Of a stretch of 64,000 nt of DNA, positions 43,790 through 53,652 are shown one piece after another. Each line of letters starts with the position of its first letter. Positions within the stretch are counted from its first letter, which is position 1. The notes beneath the pieces were generated by a model. The model ran no database searches, was not told where the DNA came from, and saw only the letters and a program-made list of their open reading frames with translations. Location: assembly GCA_016196625.1 (NCBI GenBank), contig JACPXH010000007.1:86461-150460 (forward strand), in the 5' to 3' direction. This stretch comes from Candidatus Parcubacteria bacterium. Lineage in GTDB: Bacteria > Patescibacteriota > Minisyncoccia > JACPXH01. Both the position numbers and the translations under genes were made by a program.

Positions 43790-43889
43790 CCGGTGCTTCG
43801 CACCGGGAATGTCAAATGTCAAAGCTCAAATGTCAAAAGCGATTTGGCATTTGGATTTAGTCATTTGGATTTCCGATGCGGAGCATCGG
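43790..43889. repeat. family A palindromic insertion in 23S
   Basis: ccggtgcttcgcaccgggaatgtcaaatgtcaaagctcaaatgtcaaa...catttggatttccgatgcggagcatcgg. Confidence 0.7.
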
Positions 43890-44450
43890 TTATGGCGTGC
43901 CTATTGAAGAATGAGCCAACGACTTTATCTCGTCCGCAAGTTTAACCCCGTTAACGGGGGGAGGCACAGGGAAACCGAGTCCGAATAGGGCGTGGCGATC
44001 CTTTCGTACTATGCTCATCTTTCGATGAGCAGGGTGCGAATTGATCGCTAGCGGGCGGGTTAAGACCCGAAGCCAGGCGAGCTACCCATGGCCAGGGTGA
44101 ACTTCGGTGATAAACCGGAGGGAGGCCCGAACCCATTGGCCGTGCAATACCATGGGATGAGCTGTGGGTAGAAGTGAAAAGCTAATCGAGCCTGGGAATA
44201 GCTGGTTTTCTCCGAAATAGTTTTAGGACTAGCCTCGAGCGTTCACGATCGGAGGTAGAGCACTGGATGGATACGGCTGCCGATGAGGTACTGCATCCAA
44301 TCAAACTCCGAATGCCGATCGTTCAAGAGCTCGGGAGTCAGACGATGGGGGCGAAGCTCCGTCGTCGAGAGGGAAACAGCCCGTGATCGTCACGTAAGGT
44401 CCCTAAATCTCCACTCAGTGCAAGTAAGGAAGTGTCCCGCCTTAGACAGA

Positions 44451-44494
<44 letters not shown>

Positions 44495-44577
44495 CAGCTC
44501 ACTGTTCTATGGCAACTACGGCGGGGCGCGCCGAAAATGTATCGGGGCTTAAGTGGAGTACCGAACGTACGGATCAG

Positions 44578-44727
44578 CCGATGCTTCGCATCGGGAATGT
44601 CAAATGCCAAAGCTCAAATGTCAAGTCAAATCCAAAGTTCAAATGCCAAAGTCGTTTGGTTTTTGGATTTTGATCATTGATTTGTCATTTGGATTTTGAA
44701 ATTTGGATTTCCGGTGCGGAGCACCGG
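44578..44727. repeat. family A palindromic insertion in 23S (longest copy)
   Basis: ccgatgcttcgcatcgggaatgtcaaatgccaaagctcaaatgtcaagtcaaatccaaag...tttggatttccggtgcggagcaccgg. Confidence 0.7.
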
Positions 44728-45271
44728 TTGGTGGTAGGAGAACGTTCCCTGTGCAGTGAAGCCGCATCCGCGAGGAGCGGTGGAGCGCAGGGAAGTGCAA
44801 ATGTTGGCATGAGTAACCGCAAGTCCGGTGAGAGTCCGGACCACCGCAAGTCTAAGGTTTCCTTGGCAATGGCAATCATCCAAGGGTGAGGCGGGCCTAA
44901 GGCGATGGCGAAAGCCGGAGCTGATGGACAGCCGGTTAATATTCCGGCCCCGCCCGAACGACCAACGGGGCGACGGCGCAGCGTAGATCGAGCGTGTTAT
45001 TGGATTTGCGTCCCCGAGCCAGCGCGCCTTTCAGGCAAATCCGGAAGGCTGCCTTTGATGGCGAGCGCACGCACAGGGGTAAGGTTGACCGCAAGGTCGG
45101 CCAATTCGATCGAAACAGCGTCCCAGAAAACCCCCTAGGATTAATCGTTCGGGCGTCCGTACCGCAAAACCGACACAGGTAGACGAGGCGAGTAGCCTCA
45201 GGTGAACGGGTGAGTCCTCGTTAAGGAACTCGGCAAAACAGCGGTCGTAAGTTCGCGATAAGACCTCCCTG

Positions 45272-45359
45272 CCCGATGCTTCGCATCGGGAATGTCAAAT
45301 TTCAAAGCTCAAATGTCAAAAACGATTTGGCATTTGGATTTCCGCTGCGGAGCAGCGGG
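45272..45359. repeat. family A palindromic insertion in 23S
   Basis: cccgatgcttcgcatcgggaatgtcaaatttcaaagctcaaatgtcaaaaacgatttggcatttggatttccgctgcggagcagcgg. Confidence 0.7.
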
Positions 45360-45559
45360 CGGGGCGCAGCGAAAGACCCCTAGCGACTGTTTATCAAAAA
45401 CACAGGTTCCTGCTAACTCGTAAGAGGATGTATAGGAGCTGACGCCTGACCAGTGCTGGAACGTTAACGGTTGCGGTGCTTGTTGCTCTTAGGAGCAGTG
45501 AGTGCCAAGGCCCGAAGCGCCAGTGAACGTCCGCCCTAACTATAAGGGTGTTAAAGTAG

Positions 45560-45875
45560 TGGAATTTCACGTCGCGGTGCCGCAAGGCAACGTAGCGGCT
45601 TTGCTGCTTTAACTGAAAATCTGGCTATATGCGGGAAAGTCTTGAAAGCCGTGAGTGCGACACAGTAGTTCCTGTAGCCATCTGGTATGGAACAAACTGG
45701 GAGCAAAAATCTCACGGATGAGACAATCCGCAGGAAAGATCCGAAAGGAAATCCTCAGACACTAATACGCCAGACCGACCACATGAATTCTGATGTGGCT
45801 GGAAGATAGAGTGCGATCTTCATGGCGACATGAAGTTGCTATGCGGGTGATCGCATAGCGCATAACAGTCATAAG
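45560..45875 (+). mobile_element. 23S group I intron 1 (~316 nt, ORF-less) in GGUAG|CGAAAUUCC region (~E. coli 1910); boundaries +/- few nt
   Basis: exon resumes cgaaattccttggcaggtaag; ggctatatgcggg, tcagacactaatacgcc, ggaagatagagtgcg blocks. Confidence 0.55.
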
Positions 45876-45908
45876 CGAAATTCCTTGGCAGGTAAGAAAG
45901 ATGCCTGC

Positions 45909-46172
45909 TCCGGCGGAAACGTCGGAGAAAAACCCGGCTTATAACGGTGAAGCCCGACGCGGTTGCAGTTGACAAGAGACTGCGTGAACCGCGGGGTGAT
46001 ACCGTGGGAAGCCGCCCGCCGAAGTGCGGGTTGGCCCCGTAACGACTTGTTCCGAGAGGAACAGAGCCATCGCGAGATATGTGGATGGCTAACACGCCGG
46101 CCCCTCCTTCGGGAGGGTGAAGATATAGTCTATGCCACCAGGAATGGTGGGCCACATGAAGTTCTGTCCCGC
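45909..46172 (+). mobile_element. 23S group I intron 2 (~264 nt, ORF-less) splitting CCUGC|ACGAAUGGCGUAA; boundaries approximate
   Basis: shared blocks ggcttataacggtgaagc, ataccgtgggaag, ccccgtaacgact, gaagatatagtctatgcc. Confidence 0.5.
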
Positions 46173-46472
46173 ATGAAAGGCGTAACGACTGGGGGACTGT
46201 CTCAACGAGGAGCCCGGTGAAAATGCAATGCCGGTGAAGACGCCGGCTGCCTGCAACTAGACGAAAAGACCCCGGGAGCTTTACTATAGCTTGGCATTGG
46301 CCATGTGTTGGGCATGCGTAGCATAGATGGGAGGCGTTGAAGGCTGGATTTCGGTTCAGCTGGAGCCGACAGTGAAATACCATTCTTGTTCGATGCTTGG
46401 TCTAACCGGATCCGCAAAACGGATTTGGGACCGTGCCTGGTGGGTAGTTTGAGTGGGGCGCTCTCCTCAAAG

Positions 46473-47449
46473 CCGGTTGATCTCCTTCGGTCAATCGGCG
46501 GGGGACATCTCGAAACCCGAGATGAAACATTCGGCTATATGCTGGAACATCCGTGGTACTCGCGGGTAGTGAAATTTCACTGAAAATCTCGCGGGTGGCA
46601 CCCATAGGTCGGCGGACAACCAGCAGGCAACCCGCACTCGAAATATCGAGCGCGGGGAGTCCTCAACGACTATACGCCGAACCGAGCACGCATAAGTGCT
46701 CGGATGATATAGTCTGATCTTCTGGGCAACCAGAAGCATTGCTGCTCGCATCGTTCACGGTGCGGCAGCGAGACCCAAGATATGCATTCCAACAGGATTG
46801 AGAAGTACAAGCAGAAGCTGAAACTCACGAAACGCCAGAGGCAGATAGTGGTGGGAGCGGTTCTCGGCGACGGGCATCTGGAGACACAAGATGCCGGGAG
46901 AACCTATCGGCTGAAAATCGAACATTCTGTCGGACAGCGCGCTTATGTTGATTGGTTGTACGATCAGTTGAAACCGCTGGTAGGTACTTTACCCAAGGCG
47001 CGTGTCAGGACGAGAACGTTTCCCAGTGGATATGTTAGTACGGGAGTCAGTTACGGTTTTGCGACGTACTCCCTCGGAGCCCTGCGCTTCTATGCGCAGC
47101 AGTTCTATCGAGGGGGAGAGAAGATCGTTCCTCGATTGATCGGGAAATTGTTGACGCCGACATCCATTGCCATCTGGTACTTGGATGACGGCTCGGTCAA
47201 ATCGAATCGACACCGAACCTTCGTCATCCATACGTATGGATACGCACGGCGCGATCTGCAGCGTTTGCAAAGCGCGCTTGAGCAGTTCGGTATCAGGACC
47301 ACCTTACACACGCAAGTGCGGCTGTCCGGCCGATATCTGCGGTTGTATGTGGTGTCGGAATCGGCGGCGACATTCAGGGCGCTTGTCGAACCGATCATTA
47401 GAGCAATTCCGCAAATGCATTACAAGTTGGGGAACAAATTGCCTAAAAG
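46473..47449 (+). mobile_element. 23S group I intron 3 (~977 nt) with LAGLIDADG endonuclease, splitting CUCAAAG|GUAACGGAGGAGC
   Basis: cggctatatgctggaacatccg; ctcaacgactatacgcc; gatgatatagtctgatc; ORF stop codon overlaps exon 2 start. Confidence 0.6.
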
Positions 47450-47453
47450 GTAA
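46782..47453 (+). CDS. LAGLIDADG homing endonuclease (double motif) in 23S intron 3
   Basis: VVGAVLGDGHL and IAIWYLDDGSV. Confidence 0.8.
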   Translation: MHSNRIEKYKQKLKLTKRQRQIVVGAVLGDGHLETQDAGRTYRLKIEHSVGQRAYVDWLYDQLKPLVGTLPKARVRTRTFPSGYVSTGVSYGFATYSLGALRFYAQQFYRGGEKIVPRLIGKLLTPTSIAIWYLDDGSVKSNRHRTFVIHTYGYARRDLQRLQSALEQFGIRTTLHTQVRLSGRYLRLYVVSESAATFRALVEPIIRAIPQMHYKLGNKLPKR

Positions 47454-47629
47454 CGGAGGAGCTTATAAGGTCGGCTAGCTCCGGATGGACATCGGAGCGG
47501 TCCTGTAAAGGGATAAGCCGGCTTTACTGCAAGGCCAACGCGCCGCGCAGTCGCGAAAGCGGAACTTAGTGATCCGATCGTACATTGTAGAATGGCGAAA
47601 GCTCAACGGATAAAAGTTACCCCGGGGAT

Positions 47630-47949
47630 AGACCCTAAAAGGGTTGTTGTCTAATCCCACAGCAATGTGGGAAGCGTACGGCTTATAACGGTGAACCAGA
47701 GGCGGTCTTTCCTCGCTGCTTGCGAGGTTTTCGACCTCTTAGGAATACCGTGGGAAGCTGCCCGCCTCAATTTTGCGAAACAAAAGTTGGGCGGGTTAGC
47801 CCCGTAACGACTGATCTGAAAGGAGAGGTCCGATGCACTATCGTGCTCGGACAACACGCCGTCTCCTATCATTGAAAGACCACGCCATGGTCTGCGAAGA
47901 CCTAAAGCGGGTGATAGGATGAAGATATAGTCTAATCCGTAAAGGATTG
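47630..47949 (+). mobile_element. 23S group I intron 4 (320 nt, ORF-less) at peptidyl-transferase centre GGGGAU|AACAGGCUG (U2449/A2450 E. coli numbering)
   Basis: exon1 ...cccggggat; exon2 aacaggctggtagtgcccaagag; terminal G; gggtgataggatgaagatatagtctaatcc. Confidence 0.7.
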
Positions 47950-48001
47950 AACAGGCTGGTAGTGCCCAAGAGCCCCTATCGACGGCACTGTTCGGCACCT
48001 T

Positions 48002-48460
48002 AAGACATTGGGGTGCTACGACAGCAATGTCGTATCTTCGTTCAATGAGCGAAGACGAAAAATCTGGCTTATAACGGTGGACTCCATATGGTATACTGAA
48101 CATATGGACAATACCGTGGGAAGTTGATTCGAAGCTCTATGAAAGAATATATTCCGCTGATATTTGCGTGGATATTTCTTGCCATGGTTCTTGCGTTCGC
48201 TGTTTACATCATAGCGAACTTTAGAACGTAGTAAGCTGCATGAAGGGTTCGAATTTAACCCCGTAGAGACTTGCCGTTTTGAACGGCAGATAGCTGCATG
48301 CATATAGCTATAATACGCCAGCCCCCTCCTCCGCTCGCACAAGCGAGCTACGGAAGAGCATAGCCTCATGCGAAGAGGCCTTGCCCGCCGAAGCTCGAGC
48401 AATGCGAGAGCGAAGGTGGGGTGAAGATATAGTCCACGCTGTTAGTAATAACAGAGAACG
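48002..48460 (+). mobile_element. 23S group I intron 5 (~459 nt, ORF-less with AT-rich filler) after GGCACCU (~E. coli 2500); 3' boundary +/-2
   Basis: exon2 (ta)cgatgtcggctcgccacatcctgg; ggggtgaagatatagtccacgc. Confidence 0.55.
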
Positions 48461-48500
48461 TACGATGTCGGCTCGCCACATCCTGGAGGTGAAGCAGCTT

Positions 48501-48532
<32 letters not shown>

Positions 48533-48555
48533 CACGCGAGCTGGGTTCAGACCGT

Positions 48556-48830
48556 AACTACATAATGTAGTGGCGGCTCTGTCAAGTAATTGACAGATGC
48601 ACAAACTGACTCATATCGGTGAAGTCCTCGCATTGCACATTGACCTGTCGCACGCGAGGATAATACCGAGGGAAGCGCACTCTGCATGCTTTGCGGCAGA
48701 GTGTCGCCCCGTAGAGACTTAGCCCATGAAGGCTAGAGTCGCTCTGAATGAGCGGCTAAAACGTCAGTCAACCGCGCGAATGCGCGGTTGGTGGTATAGT
48801 CCATGCATCGAGTAATCGGTGATTAACATG
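48556..48830 (+). mobile_element. 23S group I intron 6 (275 nt, ORF-less) splitting AGACCGU|CGCGAGACAGG (E. coli ~2590-2596, I-CreI/I-CeuI region)
   Basis: reconstituted exon agaccgtcgcgagacaggtcgg matches AGAACGUCGUGAGACAGUUCGG; terminal G. Confidence 0.65.
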
Positions 48831-48893
48831 CGCGAGACAGGTCGGACTCCTATCTGTTGCAGGCGTTGATGATTGAGGAGAGTCGTCCCTAGT

Positions 48894-49670
48894 AAACAAA
48901 AATTGCTACTTCGCGGAGTAATCCGCGATGACAATTCGGCTAATAACGGTGGAATCTCAACTTCTTGTCTCTGGTTGTGGACACACGAGTGGCCTCGGTC
49001 CGCTATTCGTGAGATAATTACTTGAGGACCAGAACAAGCATTGAGACAATACCGTGGGAAGTCGATCAAACATAGATCTTGCTTATATCGCTGGTTTTTT
49101 GGACGGCGATGGCAGCTTGATGCTCCAAGTAAAGAAACGGAAAGATGGAAGATTGCGGCGACGGTTTATGTGCACGATCTGTTTTTACCAAGACAGTCGC
49201 CATGAGCAGCCGCTCCGCTGGATTCGAAAAACTCTTGGCATCGGCTACGTATCGCGTCGGAATGACGGCATGAGCGAACTTCGTATTAACGGTTTCGCGC
49301 AGGTTCGAGATATCCTGACTGCGCTCAAGCCGTTCATACGATTCAAGAAGATTCAGGCGCGGGCGATGCTCAAAGCCGTAAATCTCTTGAGCGCTAAATC
49401 AAGTGTCCATTTGACGCGCGTTGAACTGCTGGAGATTGTTGAATGCATCTTGGCAATTCAGCGTAGCAACTATGCAAGTAAGGCGAAGAAAACTCAAGAT
49501 AGGCTGATCAAAATGTTTGATTTGACCCCGTAACGACTGGATTCTATCGGTCAAAAACCAATAGAGGAAGATGGTGCCACGTGTGCGCCATAACACGCCG
49601 ACCCCTCCTTTGCCAAAGGCTTCGGAGGGTGAAGATATAGTCTACGCTCCGAGTGATCGGAGACTACGTG
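48894..49670 (+). mobile_element. 23S group I intron 7 (777 nt) with single-motif LAGLIDADG endonuclease, inserted inside the sarcin-ricin loop (CCUAGU|ACGAGAGGACC; between U2656 and A2657 E. coli numbering)
   Basis: exon1 ...gtccctagt (ends U); intron ...ggagactacgtg (ends G); exon2 acgagaggaccggg; inter-intron exon 48831-48893 is exactly 63 nt as in E. coli. Confidence 0.7.
49054..49533 (+). CDS. LAGLIDADG homing endonuclease (single motif, I-CreI-like homodimer type), GTG start inside conserved ataccgtgggaag block
   Basis: LAYIAGFLDGDGS. Confidence 0.8.
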   Translation: MGSRSNIDLAYIAGFLDGDGSLMLQVKKRKDGRLRRRFMCTICFYQDSRHEQPLRWIRKTLGIGYVSRRNDGMSELRINGFAQVRDILTALKPFIRFKKIQARAMLKAVNLLSAKSSVHLTRVELLEIVECILAIQRSNYASKAKKTQDRLIKMFDLTP

Positions 49671-49750
49671 ACGAGAGGACCGGGACGAACGAACCTCTGG
49701 TGTACCAGCTGTCCCGCCCGGGGCATCGCTGGGTAGCTATGTTCGGCTGT

Positions 49751-49782
<32 letters not shown>

Positions 49783-49950
49783 AACTCCAAGATAAATCAT
49801 CGTATGAGGCCCCAGAGAGATTATCTGGTTGATAGGCGCCAGGTGTACGCACCGTAAGGTGTTCAGCCGAGGCGTACTAATCGGCCCAAGATCCCGTTTA
49901 CCTCGCAGCTCACAGGCAGCTGCCCAATGTTGCCAATCGAATATCGAAAA

Positions 49951-50064
49951 GCGTCTGGTGATTCGAGCGCGGTTGCCCCACTCCTTCCCATTCCGAACAG
50001 GATAGTGAAAGACCGCAGCGGCGATGATACTCCTTATGGGGGAAAGTAGCCCATTGCCAGGCGC
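49951..50064 (+). rRNA. rrf: 5S rRNA
   Basis: gcgtctggtg...ccattccgaacaggatagtgaaa...gatgatact...gggaaagtag...cattgccaggcgc. Confidence 0.8.
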
Positions 50065-50070
50065 ATATCA

Positions 50071-50105
50071 TAACCCGCGCGGCGTCTGCCGCGCGGGTTA
50101 TGATT
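50071..50105 (+). terminator. perfect 13-bp-stem hairpin ending the 23S-5S unit
   Basis: taacccgcgcggc-gtct-gccgcgcgggtta. Confidence 0.55.
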
Positions 50106-50208
50106 CTCCATTGCAAGATCTAACGGTCCTTGACTCTCTATACGATGTATGATACTAGGGGCACTGGAGGGTTTCGTGAGTCGGTAGTAGCACGAGGAGG
50201 GGCATAAA

Positions 50209-51139
50209 ATGAGATCTCGGTGGAGAACTCGTACAGCAGCACTTTTCATCTACTTCATCGTCCTCCTCCGCGTTGCCAAGAAGAGTGGTCGAGGAATGTG
50301 GGGGAAATCTCTCCGCTTCGTGGTTGCTCTCTTTCTTCAGAGTGCGGTAGGTTTCATTTCCCTCGGTCGCCGATTCGAGATCCTCGCGTATCTGTACGCC
50401 TGGTTTCGGCAGATCGATGATGTTCTCGATGGCGATGCTTCTCTTCCTGTTGGCGAAACGCATACCTCCTACTGCGGGCAAAAGCAGCAGCTGGTGGAAG
50501 CGCTGAGAGAAAGGGGGTTCGATTCGGTAGCAATGCTGTCCGAAGACGTCCTGATTAGGTACGCCGTAAACGAGGCGCGGCGGTTTGGGGTCGATCTTGT
50601 GCCGGAAATCATCGCGCTGTGGGGTCTTGTGCGGTGGGATAGTGAACGGCGACGCAATGCCTCCATCGCCTTACGCGAAGAGCTCTATCAGTTCGCCACG
50701 ACACAAGACGAGTGTGTTCTCATGTTTTTTTGTCAAAGTCTTCGATGGGAATCGGCAGCGCTTCTCCGAGCTTGTTGCTACCCTCGACGGTGCCTTGACG
50801 CGGATTGACTGGATTCGAGATTTCCCCGCAGACGTACAACACGGCGCCTTCAACATCCCGGGCGAGGCGTTACGAGAGTTCGGTATCGAGGCGTATCGTT
50901 TGCGGCGTTGTGTCAGGTGGGAGGAGCTTCGGGCAGTACCGGGATTCTTGGATTGGTGCCGTGGAGAAATCGTCTCGCTGCTTTCTCGTTGGGAGATGGC
51001 TCGAGTGGCGTTCGGTTCAGACTTCGGGGATGTTTTTCCCTCGCACCGTGTCGCACGTCTGCTCTGGCGGTCACTCGTGGGGGAATTCGATCAGTCTTTC
51101 CGGCGATTTGCGGTGATGCTCGAAGTACGAAACCGATAA
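50209..51139 (+). pseudogene. squalene/phytoene synthase family gene split across two frames (frameshift near 50740-50760; real or assembly error)
   Basis: frame 1: YLYAWFRQIDDVLDGD (Asp-rich motif 1); frame 2: ALTRIDWIRDFPADVQHGAFNIPGE (motif 2). Confidence 0.5.
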
Positions 51140-51174
51140 CGTTCCGGGTCCCGGAGCGGTGGGGAGGATGAATC

Positions 51175-51378
51175 GTGCCGCCGAACCTTGGAATGTGTCT
51201 TGCCGCAGCTGATAGGCGACGGGAGAGGGCTCTTAAGGAGCTGGAGAAAGCGACCCTCTCTCCTGAGGAGCACGAGCGGAGAAGAAGGAGGATCCGCCGG
51301 AATTATATGATCGAGGTGGTGCTGCTGTTGGCGGTCATACCACTCAGCTTCCTCATCGCCTATATCCTCGTCGGATAG
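51175..51378 (+). CDS. possible small membrane protein (67 aa)
   Basis: basic coiled segment then TM helix; weak support. Confidence 0.25.
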   Translation: MPPNLGMCLAAADRRRERALKELEKATLSPEEHERRRRRIRRNYMIEVVLLLAVIPLSFLIAYILVG

Positions 51379-51481
51379 GTAAAGTAGGCCCCCCGGTTCA
51401 TTCAGCGGCTCGCGCTTCGCGCTAGCCGCTGACCTTTTTCGGCTGGTTTTTGGCGGCGAGCTGTGATAATCTGGCAATGTC

Positions 51482-52312
51482 ATGGAGCGCCGCTTGTTCA
51501 AGCGACTCGTCATCGGAGGCGTCTACCTCCTTGTTTTTGCGCTGATCGGTTGGGGCGCGTATGCGGCGTGGTTTAAGCCCGCAGCCACCTGTTTTGACAA
51601 AATCAAGAATCAGCGTGAGGAGGACGTTGACTGCGGCGGGCCGTGCGACTCATGCGGCAAGCGCACGGTCAAACCCCTAGAAATACTCACCAAGCAAAGC
51701 TTGCTTGTCCGGCCCGGCGCCTATGATCTGGCCGTGCGGTTGCGCAACCCCAACCAACTGTACGGCGCGGAAAGTTTCCGTTATACGGTGCGCTGGCGTA
51801 ACGGCGCCGGGGCCCTGACGGCGGAACGAGTCGGCACGAGCTACATCCTGCCGCACGGTACGCGCTCGGTGCTTATTCAAAATGTGCCGCTGACCGAGCC
51901 GGCAGCGGCCATAGAGGTTGCCATCAGTGATTACAACTGGGTGCGGCTCAAAGACTACCAGGATGAACCCCGCTTTTTGATACGCGCGCCGAGTTTTACC
52001 AAAGTGGCTCCGGGTGAACTTGGCTTTGCGTTCGCCTCTGCCGTTGTGGTCAACAAATCCGGGTTTGACTTTCAGGCGGTTGATGTGAATATACTCGTGC
52101 TGGATGCGCGCGGCCAAGTGCTCGCGGTGAGCCGCACGGTGCAGAACGCTTTTCGGAATGACGCTGAGCGTTCGTTTCGGGTGAGCTGGCCGGAGCCTTT
52201 TGCCGGCGAACCTGAGCGGATCGAAGTTGAGGCGCTCACGAATGTTTTTGATGAGACAAACTACCTCGAGACATTCCGGCCGATTGAGCGGTTCCAGCAG
52301 TTCGGAGCATAA
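51482..52312 (+). CDS. hypothetical exported/membrane-anchored protein
   Basis: N-terminal TM, Cys cluster DCGGPCDSCG, then ~200-aa domain. Confidence 0.55.
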   Translation: MERRLFKRLVIGGVYLLVFALIGWGAYAAWFKPAATCFDKIKNQREEDVDCGGPCDSCGKRTVKPLEILTKQSLLVRPGAYDLAVRLRNPNQLYGAESFRYTVRWRNGAGALTAERVGTSYILPHGTRSVLIQNVPLTEPAAAIEVAISDYNWVRLKDYQDEPRFLIRAPSFTKVAPGELGFAFASAVVVNKSGFDFQAVDVNILVLDARGQVLAVSRTVQNAFRNDAERSFRVSWPEPFAGEPERIEVEALTNVFDETNYLETFRPIERFQQFGA

Positions 52313-52315
52313 GGC

Positions 52316-52385
52316 GTTAGCTTTCAGCTTTTAGCTTTTAGGGCCTAGAAGCTAACAGCTAACAGCTAACAGCTAACAGCTCGTG
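52316..52385. repeat. family B agct palindromic repeat incl. (agctaac)x4 tandem
   Basis: ttagctttcagcttttagcttttagggcctagaagctaacagctaacagctaacagctaacagct. Confidence 0.65.
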
Positions 52386-53498
52386 TTTGGTTTTCTCCGG
52401 ATATTCAAGTTATGGGACTGGTGGCTTGTGGGAGTGGTTTTGGGGTTGGTTGCGCTCGGCCTTGTTGCTCTTGCTTCCATTACCTTGAGCGCTGGTCAGA
52501 CAGGGTTGCTGTGGCGGCAGATGCTGTGGGTGGGGGTGGGAGCTGTGTTTATGGTTGTGGCCAGCTTCGTTGACTACCGCGCGTTCTTCACGTCCTCGCG
52601 GGTCGTGCTTGTCTGGTACGGGCTGGTCCTTGCGTTGCTGGGGTTCCTGCTCTTTTTTGGGCCAACGATTCGCGGCACCACTAGTTGGCTTAAATTTGGG
52701 GGCATTCTCTCTTTCGAGCCGGTCGAGGCGGCCAAACTTGTTACCATATTGCTTTTGGCCAAGTACTTTTCGGCTCGGCACTTGGAGCTTAAACGCGTCC
52801 GGCACGTGGTTATCTCGGCGGTCTACATTGTGCTGCTGGCGGGGCTCGTTTTCTTACAGCCCGACATTGGTTCGGTCTTTGTGCTCATAGCAATTTGGTT
52901 TGGGATGATATTGATTGCGGGACTAAGTCTGCGTCAGGCAGCCGCTACCCTCTTGGTTGGCGCGGTGCTCGTTGCCTTCGCGTGGGGATTTGTGCTGCAC
53001 GACTATCAGCGGGCGCGACTCGTGAGCTTCGTGCGTCCGGCTGCCGACCCCCAAGGCATCGGCTACCAAGCGCGCCAAGCCATTATTGCCGTGGGTGCCG
53101 GAGGAGTGTTCGGTCAAGGCGTGGGGCATGGCACCCAGACGGGGTACGGACTCTTGCCCGAAGCGACTTCTGATTTTATCTTCGCTGCGTTCGCCGAGGA
53201 ATGGGGTTTGGTGGGCGTTACCATCATGCTGGCTTTGTTCGGTTTGGTCTTTTGGCGGGTATTCAGGGCGGCCGAAGAAGCCCCCAATAACTTTGCGCGA
53301 CTATACGGCTCCGGGCTTCTCGTCATGCTCATGGTGCAGGTGGGAGTGAACATTGGAATGAATTTGGGGCTGCTGCCCATCACTGGTCTTCCGCTGCCTT
53401 TTGTCAGTTACGGCGGTTCAAGCCTGGTGGTGTTGTTTGCGGCACTGGGCATTCTGCAGGGGATTCGTGTCCGGGGGGCGGAGGGTCTTGCCCCGTGA
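52383..53498 (+). CDS. ftsW: SEDS-family peptidoglycan glycosyltransferase FtsW/RodA; stop codon lies inside element copy 2
   Basis: 10 TM; GGILSFEPVEAAK, GIGYQARQAIIAVGAGGVFGQGVGHGTQ, SDFIFAAFAEEWG. Confidence 0.85.
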   Translation: MFGFLRIFKLWDWWLVGVVLGLVALGLVALASITLSAGQTGLLWRQMLWVGVGAVFMVVASFVDYRAFFTSSRVVLVWYGLVLALLGFLLFFGPTIRGTTSWLKFGGILSFEPVEAAKLVTILLLAKYFSARHLELKRVRHVVISAVYIVLLAGLVFLQPDIGSVFVLIAIWFGMILIAGLSLRQAAATLLVGAVLVAFAWGFVLHDYQRARLVSFVRPAADPQGIGYQARQAIIAVGAGGVFGQGVGHGTQTGYGLLPEATSDFIFAAFAEEWGLVGVTIMLALFGLVFWRVFRAAEEAPNNFARLYGSGLLVMLMVQVGVNIGMNLGLLPITGLPLPFVSYGGSSLVVLFAALGILQGIRVRGAEGLAP

Positions 53499-53622
53499 CC
53501 ACAACGAGGAATAGTCGCCTTAGGCGGCAGGCTGACGAGGTAGTTCGGTGCATCGTCCCCTATGTGATGAGGCACGTCTTCGGGGGCAAATGAACTTTGT
53601 GGTTCCTCGTTGTGGTACGGGG
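53491..53622 (+). mobile_element. MITE-like/structured element copy 2, flanked by perfect tcttg direct repeat, abutting -35 of rpoBC promoter
   Basis: same terminal inverted repeats as 30581-30713; interior diverged with compensatory changes. Confidence 0.55.
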
Positions 53623-53624
53623 TC

Positions 53625-53652
53625 TTGACAGATTTTTCTGGCAGAATAGGAT
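53625..53652 (+). promoter_or_regulatory. promoter TTGACA-16-TAGGAT upstream of rpoB
   Basis: -35 partly formed by the tcttg flank of the element. Confidence 0.4.

Noticed and set aside
52340-52380. CRISPR array (agctaac x4; also aaatcaca x4 at 13190-13222)
   Set aside because: Units are 7-8 bp, perfectly tandem with no spacers and no cas genes nearby; they are simple tandem or palindromic repeats.
53491-53622. Hammerhead ribozyme in -35 element copy 2 (CUGACGAG box)
   Set aside because: Copy 1 has GGAUGAGG at the same place and neither copy has the matching GAAA/stem-II arrangement, so this is a coincidental match.
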